64,000 bases of DNA from Flaccisagitta enflata (Eukaryota), in contig OZ231126.1 of assembly GCA_965153355.1 (NCBI GenBank), positions 1,984,001 to 2,048,000 of the forward strand, in the 5' to 3' direction. Made by a program: the position numbers and the translations under genes. The notes under the pieces were generated by a model, which had not been told where the DNA came from, ran no database searches, and saw only the letters and a program-made list of their open reading frames with translations. Shown in pieces: positions 14,474 through 28,577 of this stretch (positions within the stretch are counted from its first letter, which is position 1; each line of letters opens with the position of its first letter).

Positions 14474-15237
14474 CACCGTCTTTAAATCGAATTGATAAAT
14501 GTTAAACCTTTATAACTCCTAAACTACTAGGCAAAAAGTTGTCAAATTTTCAGAGATTGTTGGTAATATACTGCAGTTTTGTCAAGCAAAATTTCAATTT
14601 TTGGTCGTGAAAAGGTGAGGATTAATAAATCATTGAAAAAAGTGGATTTTTAGGGGCAAAATCACTTATTTCATAGGTTTTTTGAATGAATTTGTTTTTA
14701 TATGCTAACCATTTCAAAATATGTTGAGCTGGAACCCTTAGGCTGGTCAAAAACGAAAAAAAAAAATAATCATGTTTTTTAGTTTTGGCAAATTTTTTGA
14801 CCATTTTTTACATTTATGAAGATTTTGATCAATTTTCCAGAATTTGAAGTCTGCAAAACAGCAAAATTTTTTCTCAGATCAATCGTAACCTCTTGAAATA
14901 TCCAAATTTTCTCAATTTCTTTGACAGAACTGAAATTGTTGACATATTTTCGGCCATTTGAGACCTTCCCCAGGGCTATAGCTTTTTTTCATTAGAAATG
15001 GCATGCAAATAAAGAAAGCTTTGTCGTGGAAGAAAATATGGAAGAATTGATGCAGCTTCGAAAGTGAATTTTATTTGATGTTTTGCCAATCCTCAACTAT
15101 TTAATACTCCAATTTGAGGTTTTGTATAACAAAACCGCAGTGTATTACCAACATTCTCTGAAAATTTGAAGACTTTTTGCCTTGTAGTTAAGGAGTTATA
15201 AAGGTTTAACATTTATCAATTCGATTTAAAGACGGTG
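14474..15237. mobile_element. Tc1/mariner-type MITE
   Basis: Long TIR caccgtctttaaatcgaattgataaatgttaaacctttataactcct at both ends, TA on both sides. Confidence 0.85.
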
Positions 15238-16033
15238 TACATCCTCTCCAGACCCTTACATGAGTAAGAAATCGTTTCACTGCAAGAGCTTATAAATGGG
15301 GTGTTACCCTGCACTTTCACAAATGTTTAGGTCAAGCGTTTATTTTTTTTTCAAACAGAAGAAAGATTCAAAAATAATTTTTTAAGGTTCTTTCTGTTAT
15401 TTTTTTTTTTTTTTGGCGTTCTTTTTCTTTCTTTATTTTGAAAGACTTTTATATTTTTAGTATCTTTGCATAAAATTTACAACTTCAACACCCTTAAAGG
15501 TAAAATCACCTGTTAGAGCCTTTTGGGGCCTCTTGATAAGCACTCTCAGGGGCCCTTACCACTCATTTGTGTACCCCAGCACCAGATGATAGTATCGTTA
15601 CCTAAAATTAATATCTTTTATAGCTTTAGAACAGAAACCATAACAATAAACTCAAATTTTTAACATTTTTAACTATTTTGGCTATTTAGGGGTCCCATGA
15701 GGTTCCCATAAGGGGCTCTTTGGGGCTACTTTGCTAAAAAAAATTTTATTCAATAGGAGCACCATTTAGGAGTACAAAACCGTTGAGAAACCTTCTCCGT
15801 TAATTTCTTGACCCTAATTTTGGATTGACCCCCCTACTATTGTACCTGAAGAATTCGGAATCGATTCCTCATATTTCAATTGTCTTGTCTTTTTAAATTT
15901 CCAACTTGTTGAATAAAAAGTCTAATCGTAACTTTTCTTTGTTTGAATGTAGTAAATGAAAGAATGATTCTTGAGTAAATGTATACAGCGCCAGGAATCC
16001 TTAGAGTAGGGAAGGGAGAGAACCAATTTCTTT

Positions 16034-19000
16034 CCCAGTAGGCGACCAAACTCTGGTGGAGTAACATCCTGAACGATCTGCATCATTTCCAGAGCCCAAA
16101 GTTGCTGAAAAAATCGCCCTCACCCACTATGTTTGTCATCTATACAGGACCTAAGAATTTTTGGCTAAAACTCAAGTTTGTCATGTCTCTTAGATCCTCT
16201 GAGTCTCATGTTACACGATAAATGCTTTGGTTGTAACAATAAATGATAGTTGGTAATGCTGTTTGGTGTAGCTGTGTGCAGAAGACAGTGAAACATGCAA
16301 GAATACAGCGGTTGCTGCAAATTGCTGCACTTTGGGTGATTAATTACAGCAAGTTCCCGTCATTTGAGAATTTGATGAAAAATGCAATGCAGAACTTGAT
16401 TTAAAGGTAATGATTTCAGTGATTGCAGCTTTTACTTTGTGAATTGATACTTGCTCAGGAAATTTTACCTTTGTCAAAGCCCTTACTGGAGCAATAAGCT
16501 GCAGAAGCTTCTCTGGTTTACAGCAATGTCCTAATTGTCCTAAAGATTTTGAAAATTTGATCAAAAAGAGGATCGAGACCACAATATAGTGGACTTGATG
16601 TACTGAATGATCTCAGTTAGAGCTTTGTAACATTTTTCTACTGGGTATATTTTACCTTTGTAACAAGCTGCAGCAAGCTGCAGTAAGTGTGCAGAAAGCC
16701 GCAGTAAGTTGCAGCAAGCAAGCAAGATCCTTGTGATATTTTACCATTCCAGCTCTCATTGCTTTTGAAAATTTGGTCAAAAATCTTATTAAAGTCAGTT
16801 TTAACCTGTTGATTGTCTGCTGGAAAACATTTTCTTTTGCTGCAAGCTACAGCAAGTTAGCTGCATTGGATATTTTTCCCTTGCTACAGATTGACGCAAG
16901 GAAGCATAAGGCAAGCTCTTTGAGACATTTTATTTTATAACCTGTGCAGCAAACATACATTAGTACAGGGGCATATACTTCCCCCCCTCCCCAGACACTC
17001 ACACATTCCTGGGCAATCATAATGGACTGGCAGGCAATTGACGGACCGACAAACAGATAGAAAATGCCTTCAACTGAAATTGTAATCAATGTAACAAGAA
17101 CGCTTCGCCATTAACGTGTGGGTGGGCAGGGGCAACATTTGAGGTCAGTCAAAACCGACTAACTGACTGACCAACTGACTGACCAACCGACAGACTAACA
17201 AAGTGGGGTGTAGAGTCGCGTAGTACAGCCGGAGACCCTAGAAACGCTGATTTTTCAGCTTTTGCTTTTTTTTTCAATTTTTCCTTAATTTCTCTTGGCT
17301 AAATGTGCTCATTGAGTGGGTTAATTTTTTTCTTGTTATGGATCCATGGTCTGTAGCTACATTGTGTGAAAAAATTGCGGTTAATAACTCAATTTTAGCA
17401 TTTTTTCTCAAATCATGAAAAATATTCAGTTCAGATGGCAACTTTCAATTTTTTTTCGTTTTTGGCTTACAGATAGATTTTGAGACAAGGAATTCATCTA
17501 GAATGTCAAATCCTTTAGCACTCATCAATAATTAGGTCAAAACGCGCTTTTAAATATCTAAAAGCCCAAAAGCTTAACACCCAAGTTGTTAGAGCTCAAA
17601 AAGCTCAATTCTGAGCTTTTCAAAAGCTCAGAGTTGAGCTCTTTGAGACTTACCTCCTCCTATACGCAAGTCTCAAAAAGCTCAACTCTGAGCAGCTCAG
17701 GATTGAGCTTTTGAGCTCTAACAACGAGACTAAACTTTAGAGCTCAAAAAGCTGATTTCTGAGCTTTTAAATATTTAAAAGCGTTTTGACCTATTTATTG
17801 ATGAGTGCTAAAGGATGTGACATTCTAGATGAATTCCTTGTCTCAAAATCTATCTGTAAGCCAAAGATTAGAAAAATTGAAAGGTGCCATCTGAACCCAA
17901 TTTTTTTCATGATTTCAGAAAAAATGCTAAAATTGAGTTAACAACCACAATTTTTTTTACACAATGTAGCAACAGACCATAGGTCCACGACAAAAAAGAA
18001 GTTAGCCCACTCAATGAGCTCATTTAGCCAAGAGAAGTTAAGGAAAAATTGAAAAAAATGCAAAAGCTGAAAAATCAGCTTTTTTAGGGTCTCCGGCTGT
18101 AGTACGCGACTAAAAATAGATTTGAATAACTTTGTAAGTTGCTACAATCAGGATTATATCTTTTTAGATGCGTTCTTCAGGAATGCATCTCAATAGGAGA
18201 TCCGTTTTGTCGGTGCCTTCCATCTGTCCGTTTCACCTGTGTAAAAACTACTTCTTGGCTTTCTTTAGCCACAGTGAGATCCTACACTAGATAAAAGGAT
18301 CAACAAACATGGTTTGAGAGCCTCATTTCTACTCTGTCATTTGATATGTCTGTTTGTCATGTGTCTCTTGATATAAGTCATAAGTGTTTAGCGCCCAATT
18401 GGGCTTGTTCTTGAGTAGGAACATCCGACCTAAAAATTTAAGTCGGTGCCATTTTTAGATGCAGGCTATGCAACTCTTTCATCAGTTAAGTGAGTCTGTC
18501 ATTGGTTCCATCTGTAGATAAAAAGGTGCAGAGGGATGAATACCAGGGGATTTGACAAAAAAACATAATAAGATGAGAGGCTTGTTCTCAGTATGATGGG
18601 TTTTAGTCATGTGCTACGCAACGGTATACACCACTGTCTGTCCATTCATTGGTCGGTTTGCAGGGGCTCCAAAGGCGTTGATATCCTATGCTTCCACACA
18701 TATGGGGAATTTTTTACTTATTCTTCTCCTCCGCACCCCCCCTCCCCCAAGTCTCCAGGCCCATATCTCAGCCTCGAGGAGTGGTACGTCTGGTACAATG
18801 ATGAACAGGTCGCCCAAGGGCAATATGTGGTCAGTGATACCCATTGCCCTCCTTTGAGTGATTGTGAATTGGAGTGAGGGGGAGCAGGGCAGCGGTCCCG
18901 AAGGGGACAAAGTCCTGTAGAACACAGGGGGACTTTCGTTAGTCCTGCCTGAAGAAGTGAATGAGATGCTCTAGAGGGCTGACTGAAGGCCTTCAAGAGC

Positions 19001-20513
19001 CTAAACTGAGGTCTAAGAGGGCTGATGTAAGGCCTTATAATGCCAATTGGAAGCTTGAGAGGGCTTACTTGAAGTTTAATAGAGCTGGATGAAGGCTCGA
19101 AAGGTCAGAGGACTAAAATGAAGCCTGAGAGAAATAAATTGAGGCTCAGATAGCTGACTTGAGGCCTGAGGCCACGTTTGAGGCCAGGTTTGAGGCTTGA
19201 GAATTTAAATTTGAAGCCAGAAAAGCCTAATTTGAAACCTGAGAGGCCAGGTTTGAGGCCTGAGAAGTTGGATTTGAGGTCTGAGAGGCCAAATCTGAGG
19301 TCTCAGAGGCCAGATTTGAGGCCTGAGGGGCCTGATGGGGGGGAGGAACAAACGAACAAATGAACAAACAAACAAACAGAAGAACAAAAGTCCCCCTGTG
19401 TTCTACAGGACTTCGACCCCTTCGGGGCCGCTGCCCAAAAAGGAAAAAATTCCCCATATGTGTGAAAGCTTTGGTCATCAACCCCTTCGGGGCTGCTGCT
19501 CAAGAGGGGACCAACTGACAAACCAACCAACAGACCGCCAAAAGAGAATGAAAGAAAATTTTGGGAAATTTTGGTGGTAACGAGTCAAAAAACCTGATTA
19601 GTAAAGCACAATTTAACACTATTTAAATTTTAAACATAGTTTTATTGCTTTATCATAGAAAGTCAGAGATTTGATGATGCAACAGGATGAGTCTCAGGGA
19701 AGAAAATCAAAGGTGGGGGGGGAATAAATCAAAGGTCATGGAACTATATTCACCACTGAATGAACATGATAGAAAACGGTGATGTATATTTTTGAACATA
19801 CGCAATTTGTAGTCGCATGCTACACCACAACTCAATAACCCGCTATGTTGGTTGGTTGGTCTGCTGGCTGGTCTGATACCATTAGCTTTTTCAGCGTTGT
19901 TGGGCAAAGCTCCTGATAGAGTTGCTAGTTTAAAACTAAAGACTCAATTGCCTATCAATGTGTTCTCAGATTTGCAACATTTTTTGTCACATGCTACGCG
20001 ACTACACCCCGCTTTGTTGGTCTGTAGGTCCGTTTGTTGGTCCACTTGTTGGTCTGTCACCCTTTACTTTTTTTGTATTTTGCGGTCTCTGGCCTCACTG
20101 CTCCTGCCCAAATGATCAAGTGACTTCAATTACGGCCCCTACCCTCCCGCACATGACTTGGGTGGCCGTGTATCCACTCTTGTTTGGTTTAAATTACCAT
20201 GTTGCCTGCAGCAACATGCTGTAACTTGCAGCAACTTGCAGCAATTTTGAGTTTTGTTTTATTAATCAATCACCTGTTACATTCCATATCAGCAATCACA
20301 TAAAAAACACTTGGTATTGTTGAAAGTGATCAGGAATTAAAACTTTTTGTGGCGAAAAGCCGTAAAAATGCAGCAATTTTAATGGGAATTTCGATAATTC
20401 ACATAGATGAGAAAGATGCTGGATGAGGGCGATTTTTTTCAACATTTTTAAGTCCATCTGACGTTTCAGATTGTTGAGAGGGATGTTCCACCAGACATTG
20501 GTCGCCTACTGGG
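16034..20513. mobile_element. CMC/EnSpm-like non-autonomous element packed with nested insertions
   Basis: TIR cccagtaggcgaccaa...ttggtcgcctactggg, ~100 bp of degenerate terminal pairing, many TTGCTGCA/TGCAGCAA subterminal repeats. Confidence 0.6.
17226..18099. mobile_element. 874-bp palindromic MITE inserted into a HINE (17093-18116)
   Basis: Arms cagccggagacccta... / ...tagggtctccggctg; TAGTA duplicated at 17221-17225 and 18100-18104. Confidence 0.85.
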
Positions 20514-20927
20514 TGGTGTATCTCTCTTATTTACCCCTTTGGTGCTCCGCAGTCCCCCTGCTACTTAGAGGTTAAAGACTTTTTTACTTTCTCGTTTTCA
20601 GTCACTTTGGAAGATCGGTAACGCAGATTTTTTGATAACGCGACATCAGGCAAAAATCGCGATTTTTGAGCGTTACCGTCTCTCCTCGCCCTCATTACTG
20701 CCCTTGACCTTTCGTATTATTGTTCATGCCATCTTGTATTACTTATCTTTTGCCTGATGTTTGTCCTCAATGCACTTTACCAGTTTATCATGCTTTATGT
20801 AGTCGCGGACTCCAATGAAAATAAGTTTTTACTTTTTTGGGCCATCCGCAGATTCGGCTATTTTGTACTTGGTGATTGATAATCTTGTACGGTCTAATCT
20901 AAATACATTACATAACATTACACATTA

Positions 20928-21511
20928 CTATCTAGGCGGAAAAAATCTTTCGTCTTGTAACAAAAACATATTTATCGGCGTAAAAATGATTACAAATCAA
21001 TTACAAATCCATCAATAATTAGTGTGAGATCCCTTTGACTGAATCAGAGCAGCCATTTAATTTGGAAGCGATTTGTAGAACTGTTCGAGATACTGAAGGC
21101 TTTCAAGATCTTTCTCGTGAGTCTTTTTGTCTATTCTTTTACTACATTTGGACTCACAGCATTCAAAAGAATCATCAAATCATAGAAAAATCGGTGACTT
21201 AAATGAAGCCATTCAAATTTTCAAGCAGGTGACGCAAATCGCATCTATCTAGCTCAAGGCGTTTAGAAGTTTAAAAAAAAAGAGCGAAATGATATCATCA
21301 GAAGATTGTGTAGAAATGGCAAGAGTGAAACTGAAGTATTTCAATCAAAGTTAAATAGCTTTTGAATGCATAGAGCTAGAGGGATGCGGTTTGCGTCAAT
21401 CTCTTGCAAATTCGAAGGGCTTTATTTTTCTCACCAATTTTTTGAAAATTAGTTGATTCTAACCAGAGATATGCATGTAAACGTACCGAAAGATTTTTTC
21501 CGCCTAGATAG
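20928..21511. mobile_element. MITE with TA TSD (related copy 55060-55654)
   Basis: Perfect TIR ctatctaggcggaaaaaatctttcg. Confidence 0.8.
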
Positions 21512-22786
21512 TACTTTCCATGATATGCGGGCTCTTGGAGTTTAAAGCGGGCACCCTCTTCTTTTGAGCATTCTACCCCTGGATCCTGACGATGGTATCC
21601 TCTCACCTACCCCGGCACACTGTCATAAGCGAACGCAATGGCTTTGCCACCGGCAATTCGCTTCGCGAAGTGCAAACATTCTGAAAGCTGAATTAATAAG
21701 GAGGCAGAGATTTAGCGATGGAAGGTTCATTCGAGGGTAATTTAATCGGGAAAAAGTCAAAGTCAGTCTTTGATTTTTTGACATAATCGAGAGAAACAGG
21801 GTTTTCATTTTCTTATGAAAAAATTGTGAATCTCATCCAGCTGATTGCACTCACGGACAAAATGGATAGGGAAAGTAAATTTGATAATTCTCTCTCATTT
21901 GGCGCCAAGCAGAATGCTGTTCAACAAATATTTTTTGCGCTATGATTTTTTAAAGATTTATTTATGAAAAATTTGAATGGAATTTTTTTGATTTTTTTTC
22001 ATTTTGTGTAGGATCAATAAGGGAGTGTATTTATGTTTACTTGAGCATGCAAATATAAAAAAAATGTTTATGGGCACAGCTGCTCATCTGTGAGGGCGTT
22101 TTTAAGCATTTTAGCTCATTTAGCTCACTTAGCTCAGTCTGTTCTTTGTGATTTCTAATACGATAAATGAATAAATATTTTTATACTTGTTTAAGCAAGC
22201 AAATAAAAAAAACATATCAGTGAGCAGAGATGCTCATCTGTGAGAGTGTTTTAAAGTATTCTAGCTCATTTAGCTCATTTCGCATGCTTTTGTTCTCTGA
22301 TTTAAAATAGGACAGATAATTTAATGTTTTGATTTAATCATGCAAATACAAGAAAGCATGTTTGTGAGCAAAGCTGGTTGTCTAGTTAAATTATTTTGAA
22401 TATTTTAGCTCATCTAGCTCATTTGGCTCAGTTTTTTTTCTATCATTTTCAGTGCAATCAATACATAAAGTTGCTTTTAATTTGATCTAACAAGTAAAAA
22501 GATTTCCAACTGAAAACAAAAGCATAGTGAAAAGTGACCAGTGCTTACGACTTATTTCCTAACGGCGACAGCTGCCTTTACTGGTATCTTCATACAGAAA
22601 TAATCGATTCGTGGGAAATTTAGAGGGAGGAAAGGGGGGGGCAAAAATAAAGAGGTGAGGGGGGGGGGGGGGAAATAAAGAGGTGAGGGGGGGGGCAAAA
22701 ATAAAGAGGTGAGATCAAAAGGACTCACTTAGCGTCCCTGAGTTAATGTTAAGCGTGCGTGCGTTTCTGTCTGTCTGTCTGTTTAA

Positions 22787-22823
<37 letters not shown>

Positions 22824-22927
22824 GGGAAGCCCCTGTAAGCGAAAATTTTGCGCTGGCGTTGAAGCGGAAATCTATTTTGCGCAAAAAACATTTTCGAAAT
22901 GAGGAATATTTAGTACTGGATTCATCG

Positions 22928-23490
22928 CCAGTTCTTCACACCATCCGTTCAAACTACCGCTAGGTGGTTTTCAGTATTACTCTGGATTTTCCGCTTGTTT
23001 ACACTTAATATGGACCTTCTGAACAAGAATCCAGCCTCAAAAAAATCTGTCTTGTGGCGCCTTTTGAAAAAAATCCAAAATTGATTGTTTTTTCTCTTAT
23101 TTTGAAGTCAGAATTTTTTTGGCTTTTAGGAGATCTTTTTAGATAGCAAATCTGAATTCCTGGTGAAATTCCCTTTCATTTGATAGGTCACACTTATATA
23201 TTTTTAAAAAGAAACAAAATTTTCAATTTTCAAGCCACCGTTAAAAAAAGTAATGGTGGCTAAAAGATTGAAAATTTGGTCTCTTTTAAAAAACATATAG
23301 TGCGACCTTTCAAACAAAATAGGATAAAAAATTATCAATTTTGGATTTTTTCAAAAAGCGCCACAAGAAAGATTTTTTTGAAGCTGGATCCTAGTTCAGG
23401 AAGTCCATCCTGAGTAAAAACAAGCGAAAAATTCAGAGTAATACTAAAAACCACCTGGCGGTAGTTTGAACGGACGGTGTTCAGAACTGG
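22928..23490. mobile_element. Palindromic MITE
   Basis: ccagttct...ccgttcaaactaccgc / gcggtagtttgaacgg...agaactgg; arms pair over most of the length. Confidence 0.7.
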
Positions 23491-23574
23491 TTGGCGCCAG
23501 AAAGTGAAAAAGAATTAGCCCAATCTCGAAAAAGGGGAAGGGAGGAGGGAATGAAAGGAGGAATGGAGAAATGG

Positions 23575-23669
<95 letters not shown>

Positions 23670-24475
23670 TTGGATGTCTTCCTTTGCGTCCTACCCTGAG
23701 GAAACTACAGCCAAGTCCATTTCATAGGACTGTACCCCAATCATTTTAGGTCATTTGACATCATTTCAGGCCTGTTTGAGTCATATCAAGTCATCTTGAG
23801 TCATTCAAATTCAATTTAAGTCATCCTTAGTTATATATGTCCCGCATGCGACTTTTAGGTGTTGACCTTGTTTACTTCACTGAAGCAAAGTTGTCCACAA
23901 CAGAATGAGCCTAGATACCGATCTACTAATTTCACTTTATAGGATGAAAAGTGAAACGCGTTCTAAAAAAACTTGCCCCCCTGAACTGAACGCGATTCTT
24001 ACAGGCGCAAATAACCACCAATCATGTCGTCCTTGGTCTTGAATCTAAGCCATTCTAAGTCATTTTAAGTCAATCTGTAGGTCTCGCACGCGAAGTATAG
24101 GTGTTGGCCTTGTTTAGTTATGTGGTTTTGTGATCAAGTAATTTGGTAAGTCTCGCACGCGACTTACAGGTGTTGGCCTTGTTTTACCTATTTTGAAGAT
24201 TACTCAAAAAGTGCTCGGGGAATGATTTTATTTTTGCTAGTTATGTGTCATTGCACTCCAGTACTACACAAAGCTCCGGAAAACCTCTCGGTCATAGGAC
24301 TTTTCACCCAGAATCTTTTTAAAAGAAGAGTAGCGAACAAGTGGCACTTCATGATAAGTGCTGCACAAGTGCTACACATGTGCAGTACGTCGGTGAGAGG
24401 CCCTGGAATTGCCGTTTTTATCCAATATGGGCGTTGCATATTGTGAGGTAACCCAAAATAAGCCAAATAAGCCCA

Positions 24476-26241
24476 TGAGCGAGTTTAAATTCAATCGGAA
24501 ACCATCTTCAGGGTGCGTATCAAGGGTAAAAATGAGCTTTTTAGTTTTTTTTTATATTTCTCACTCAAAAATCGCGGCAATGACTTGAAATTTGGCAAGG
24601 ACATGCCCCAAGTCAGCATCTAAAAGCAAATAAAGCAAAAAAAAAGATTTTTCACCGATTTTAGTATGGGTTCACATACACCATGCATCCTGACGACCGC
24701 CAGGACGATTTTTGGATTACTGTAGGTTTCTTTTTAGTTTGGTACAGTCCACATATGCAGGAATCCACATCCAACCATAAAAAAAATTTCATCTGGCACT
24801 TTTGAAAAAAAATCACATTTTGTAAAAATGTGTTGCATATGCAATGCACATGTTGCATATGCGACATGTGTTGCATATGCAACGTATGTTGCATATGCGA
24901 AGTACAGGTGTTGCATATGCGACATATGTTGCATAGGTGAATTACCTTAGAGCTAAGTGGTCGAGCTTTGTGATGGTGGGATGGTAGGCAAGGGCTGTGT
25001 ATGGGAGCGGCGGGGTATAGTGGAGTAAGAATATGAATAAGTATTTTACAGGTTTTCTTCTTGGAATTCCCACTATCGACCCACCAGACCATCCCCCATT
25101 TTTTTGTTCCCTGAATTTGAATTCCTGTAGGTGGAGTACAATTGTAATGACTCTTTTAAGATAGAAATGTCTTTTATTTTTCTCCTAAGATGTCCATAAT
25201 GAGGATTCAGACTTTTTCCCCTCTTGATTTTTTTGAAGCATTGGGCAAAATCGTTTCTGTTTTGGGGTGGGCTGGGAAGATAGGAGAGTACTGAGTAGTT
25301 TATGATCTTCTTTCAAATTCAGTGTTCGAATAAACCCTACCACTCCACCCCACTGTTCCGCCCAAGCGGTGACCTTGCATCACTTGTTTATTGTTTAATG
25401 TTTATTCTATTGTCTTTCTGTCTGTCTGTCTCTGTGTGTCTCTCTCTTCTCTCTCTCTCTCTGTCTCTCTCTCTCTCTTTTGTATCACATAGCAACACAA
25501 CTACACAAGTATGTTGCATATGCAGCATATTTCGCATATGCAGCACATGCATTTTGCATAAGCAACATATGTCGCATATGCAACATATGTACTTCGCATA
25601 TGCAACATATGTTGCATATGCAACATATTTTCTTAATAGAAGATCTTTTTTCAAAAAGTGCCTGATGAAATATTTTTTAATGGTTGGGTCTTGATTCCTG
25701 CGTGTGAGGACTATACCAAACTTAAGAGAAACTTACAGTAATCCAAAAATCGACCTGGCGGTTCCCAGGATTCATGGTGCATAGTGAAATACTGTAAAAA
25801 TGAGGCTTTTTAGCCTTTTTTTCTTATTTCTCGCTCAAAAATGGAAAAAACGGCAAAAAAGGTCATTTTTAGTGTTTTACTACATGAATTCAAACTTAGC
25901 AACGTAAAAAATCTTTTTTTGATTGTTATTCATATAGACATTCATTAGAGGCAATTCCACACAATTTTTGACGACTGTATCCAGTTTTGTGGTAGCATCA
26001 TTCGAAAAAGGGCAAAAGGCTATTTTCACAGTATTTTACTGTATAAACCCATCCTAAAATTGGTGACAAATCTTTATTTGCTTTGTTTGCTTATAGATGC
26101 TCACTTAGGGCTTATCCTTGCCAAGTTTCAAGTCATTGTCACAATTTTTGAGCAAGAAATAAAAAAAAAGGTAAAAAAAGCTTATTTTTACCCTAGATAC
26201 ACACCCTGAAGATGGTTACCAATTGAATTCAAACTCGCTCA
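24476..26241. mobile_element. Fold-back element with internal GTTGCATATGC repeats on both arms
   Basis: tgagcgagtttaaattcaat...cttcagggtg versus caccctgaag...attgaattcaaactcgctca. Confidence 0.7.
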
Positions 26242-26814
26242 TGAGTTATCACCGCAAATATCGACCCGGATCGGACAGACTGACCGAGACTCTTTCCTAT
26301 ATCGTTGCTCGATATCCAGTGTGCTACACCGAGACAGACCGCCGAGACAGACAGACAGACATACAGACAGACAGACCCTCAAGCCCGACCCTGTTTTTTT
26401 TTCCTTTCATTTTATTTCTGAAAACATTCATGACTGATTTCTTTTGATCCTTTGAAGAATTAATTGTTTTTGTTATGTATTGTACTTTATAATTTTTATT
26501 ATTTCTTTCATAATTTTTTTTTTAGATTTACATTTTGTTTTTTATTTTTCATTTATCATATTTCTCTCTTTTTTTTTTTCATTTTCACTTTTTTTTTTTC
26601 AGTTTTCAGCTTTGAGTTTTCAGTTTTCAGTTTTCAGTTTTTATTCATCATTTTTTATTTTTCAATTAGGCTTTGTTTATACATTTCATTTTTTTTCTTT
26701 TAACTTTCCACTTTTATTTTGTTATCTCTATTCAAAAATTTTTTTTATAAAAGATGTAATTGAAATATTTGTTTTAATCTATAATAAAAGATTTGGCAAG
26801 GATCGTTGAATCTT

Positions 26815-27487
26815 GCAGAAGAAGAAATGGGATTTATTGGAAGGACCAAAAGGACGATCTGGATGGGGTCACCATCCCTACACCCTACTTACAGCAATTT
26901 TCACGATTTGAGACAAATAGACATAGTGCAGTTTGATCAGTTTTAAAAAGATCTATGTATTTACATTTTTTTCCGTTTGTTTGGTGATCATTCAAAAAAA
27001 AAAATGATAGAAAGAAGATATCAGCGAGTTTTAAAAGGATATATGTATGTGCATATTTTTCTTTCCTTTTTTTTTTGTTTGTTTGGTAATCATAGAAAAA
27101 GAGATTATAGAAAGAGCTTAGTAGTCAGCTTTTCCCAAAGAGTCAGTCCTTTCAGGATCAGAAGCAAAATCGAATGAATCACTTTTTTTTCCATGATTTG
27201 GCTTTTTGGTGCATACACAATTTGAGAGCAGATCTACATAGTGATTACGTACAAAGAGTAGAAAATTGAAAAAACTCCAAGGAATACTTAAGAGAGTTAA
27301 CTTAAGAAAAGGTGAGTAAATAAATACAACAAATCTACGTATTGATACGTACAAAGAATGGAAAGGTGATAATTATGCTAGAGATACTGATAGAACGTTA
27401 AACATAGGGAAAGGTGAATAGATAGGTAAAGTAGCCACCCCCCCCCCCTTTGAAGGACCGACTCTTTGGGGTTGACTTTGGCCGTAG

Positions 27488-27546
<59 letters not shown>

Positions 27547-28531
27547 AAACAAACCGACAGACAATGTTGTTTCGTTGTTGGCAGTTGGTATGCAGTAGTA
27601 TGGGTTGTTTTTTGTCTGATTCCTCCCCCGCAGATCCTTACCCAATATAGTCTATATAAATAGTACTGAGATTGGGGGGATCTGGCTAAGAATGGAATTA
27701 GCAAGGAGAGTAGGCAGTTGTCATTGTGAGGTAGTGTTAGGGAGAGAGGCAGACAGACAGAAAAAAATTGTTACGTTGTTAACAGTTGGTATGCAGTAGT
27801 AGGAGCTGTTTTTCGTCTGACTCATCCCCAACAGATCCTTACCCAGCGTAGTCTATGTAAATAGTACTGTAGCTGGGGGGATCTGGCTAAGAATGTAACT
27901 AGCAAGGAGATAAGGCAGTTGTCATTGTGCCTAGGCGTCGATTTTTAAATAGGATGAGTCACAGTTGATTTTGAGTAGGAGATGGAGGAAGATTTGGTGG
28001 GCGCTGTGCAGGCAGGATGACATCTAGAGGGCTGCGGTGGGACCGATAGATGACTTTTTGATCCTTTGATGTACTTGCGCGAACTAGCTGGATCACTTCT
28101 GCCTCTCTTTCACTGATCAATTTGCCCAAAATCGGGTTCCCAACTTTCATCTTGGTCACCATTTTTGAGCTCAGCTGCAGCAGACGGACCTTAATCATGG
28201 GCAGACAGGCGCTTTCATGCAATATCTTCAGGCTGACATATCTGGGCAGACGGAGGCAGGTACGGATGGCCCGATTTTGAATTTTCTGCATTATGTCAAG
28301 TGTACTATCTGGGGAGTGGATAAAACAGACAGACCCATATTCAAAGATTGACCTGATATACACTTTGTAAAGTCGGATGAGGATCTTTGGATCGGTCCCA
28401 CCCCATGCTAGTATTCTAAGGATATTCAGTCTTTTTTCTGCTCTTTGAGATAAAGCTTGAATATGATCCATGAAATTGAGTGATGAATTAATCTCAACAC
28501 CAAGAAATTTTGCAGATGTATGACTCTCCCG
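26815..28531 (-). mobile_element. 5'-truncated non-LTR retrotransposon (I/jockey-like), RT C-terminal part at 28520-27959 plus 3' UTR
   Basis: SAKFLGVEINSSLNF...LNILRILAWGG...LYKVYIRSIFEYGS motifs; AATAAA and short (TTC)n tail near 26820-26840; candidate 7-bp TSD gaatctt at 26808-26814 and 28532-28538. Confidence 0.8.
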
Positions 28532-28577
28532 GAATCTTAATGGATGATTGAATGAATAGACCCACCAACATGTGCCC

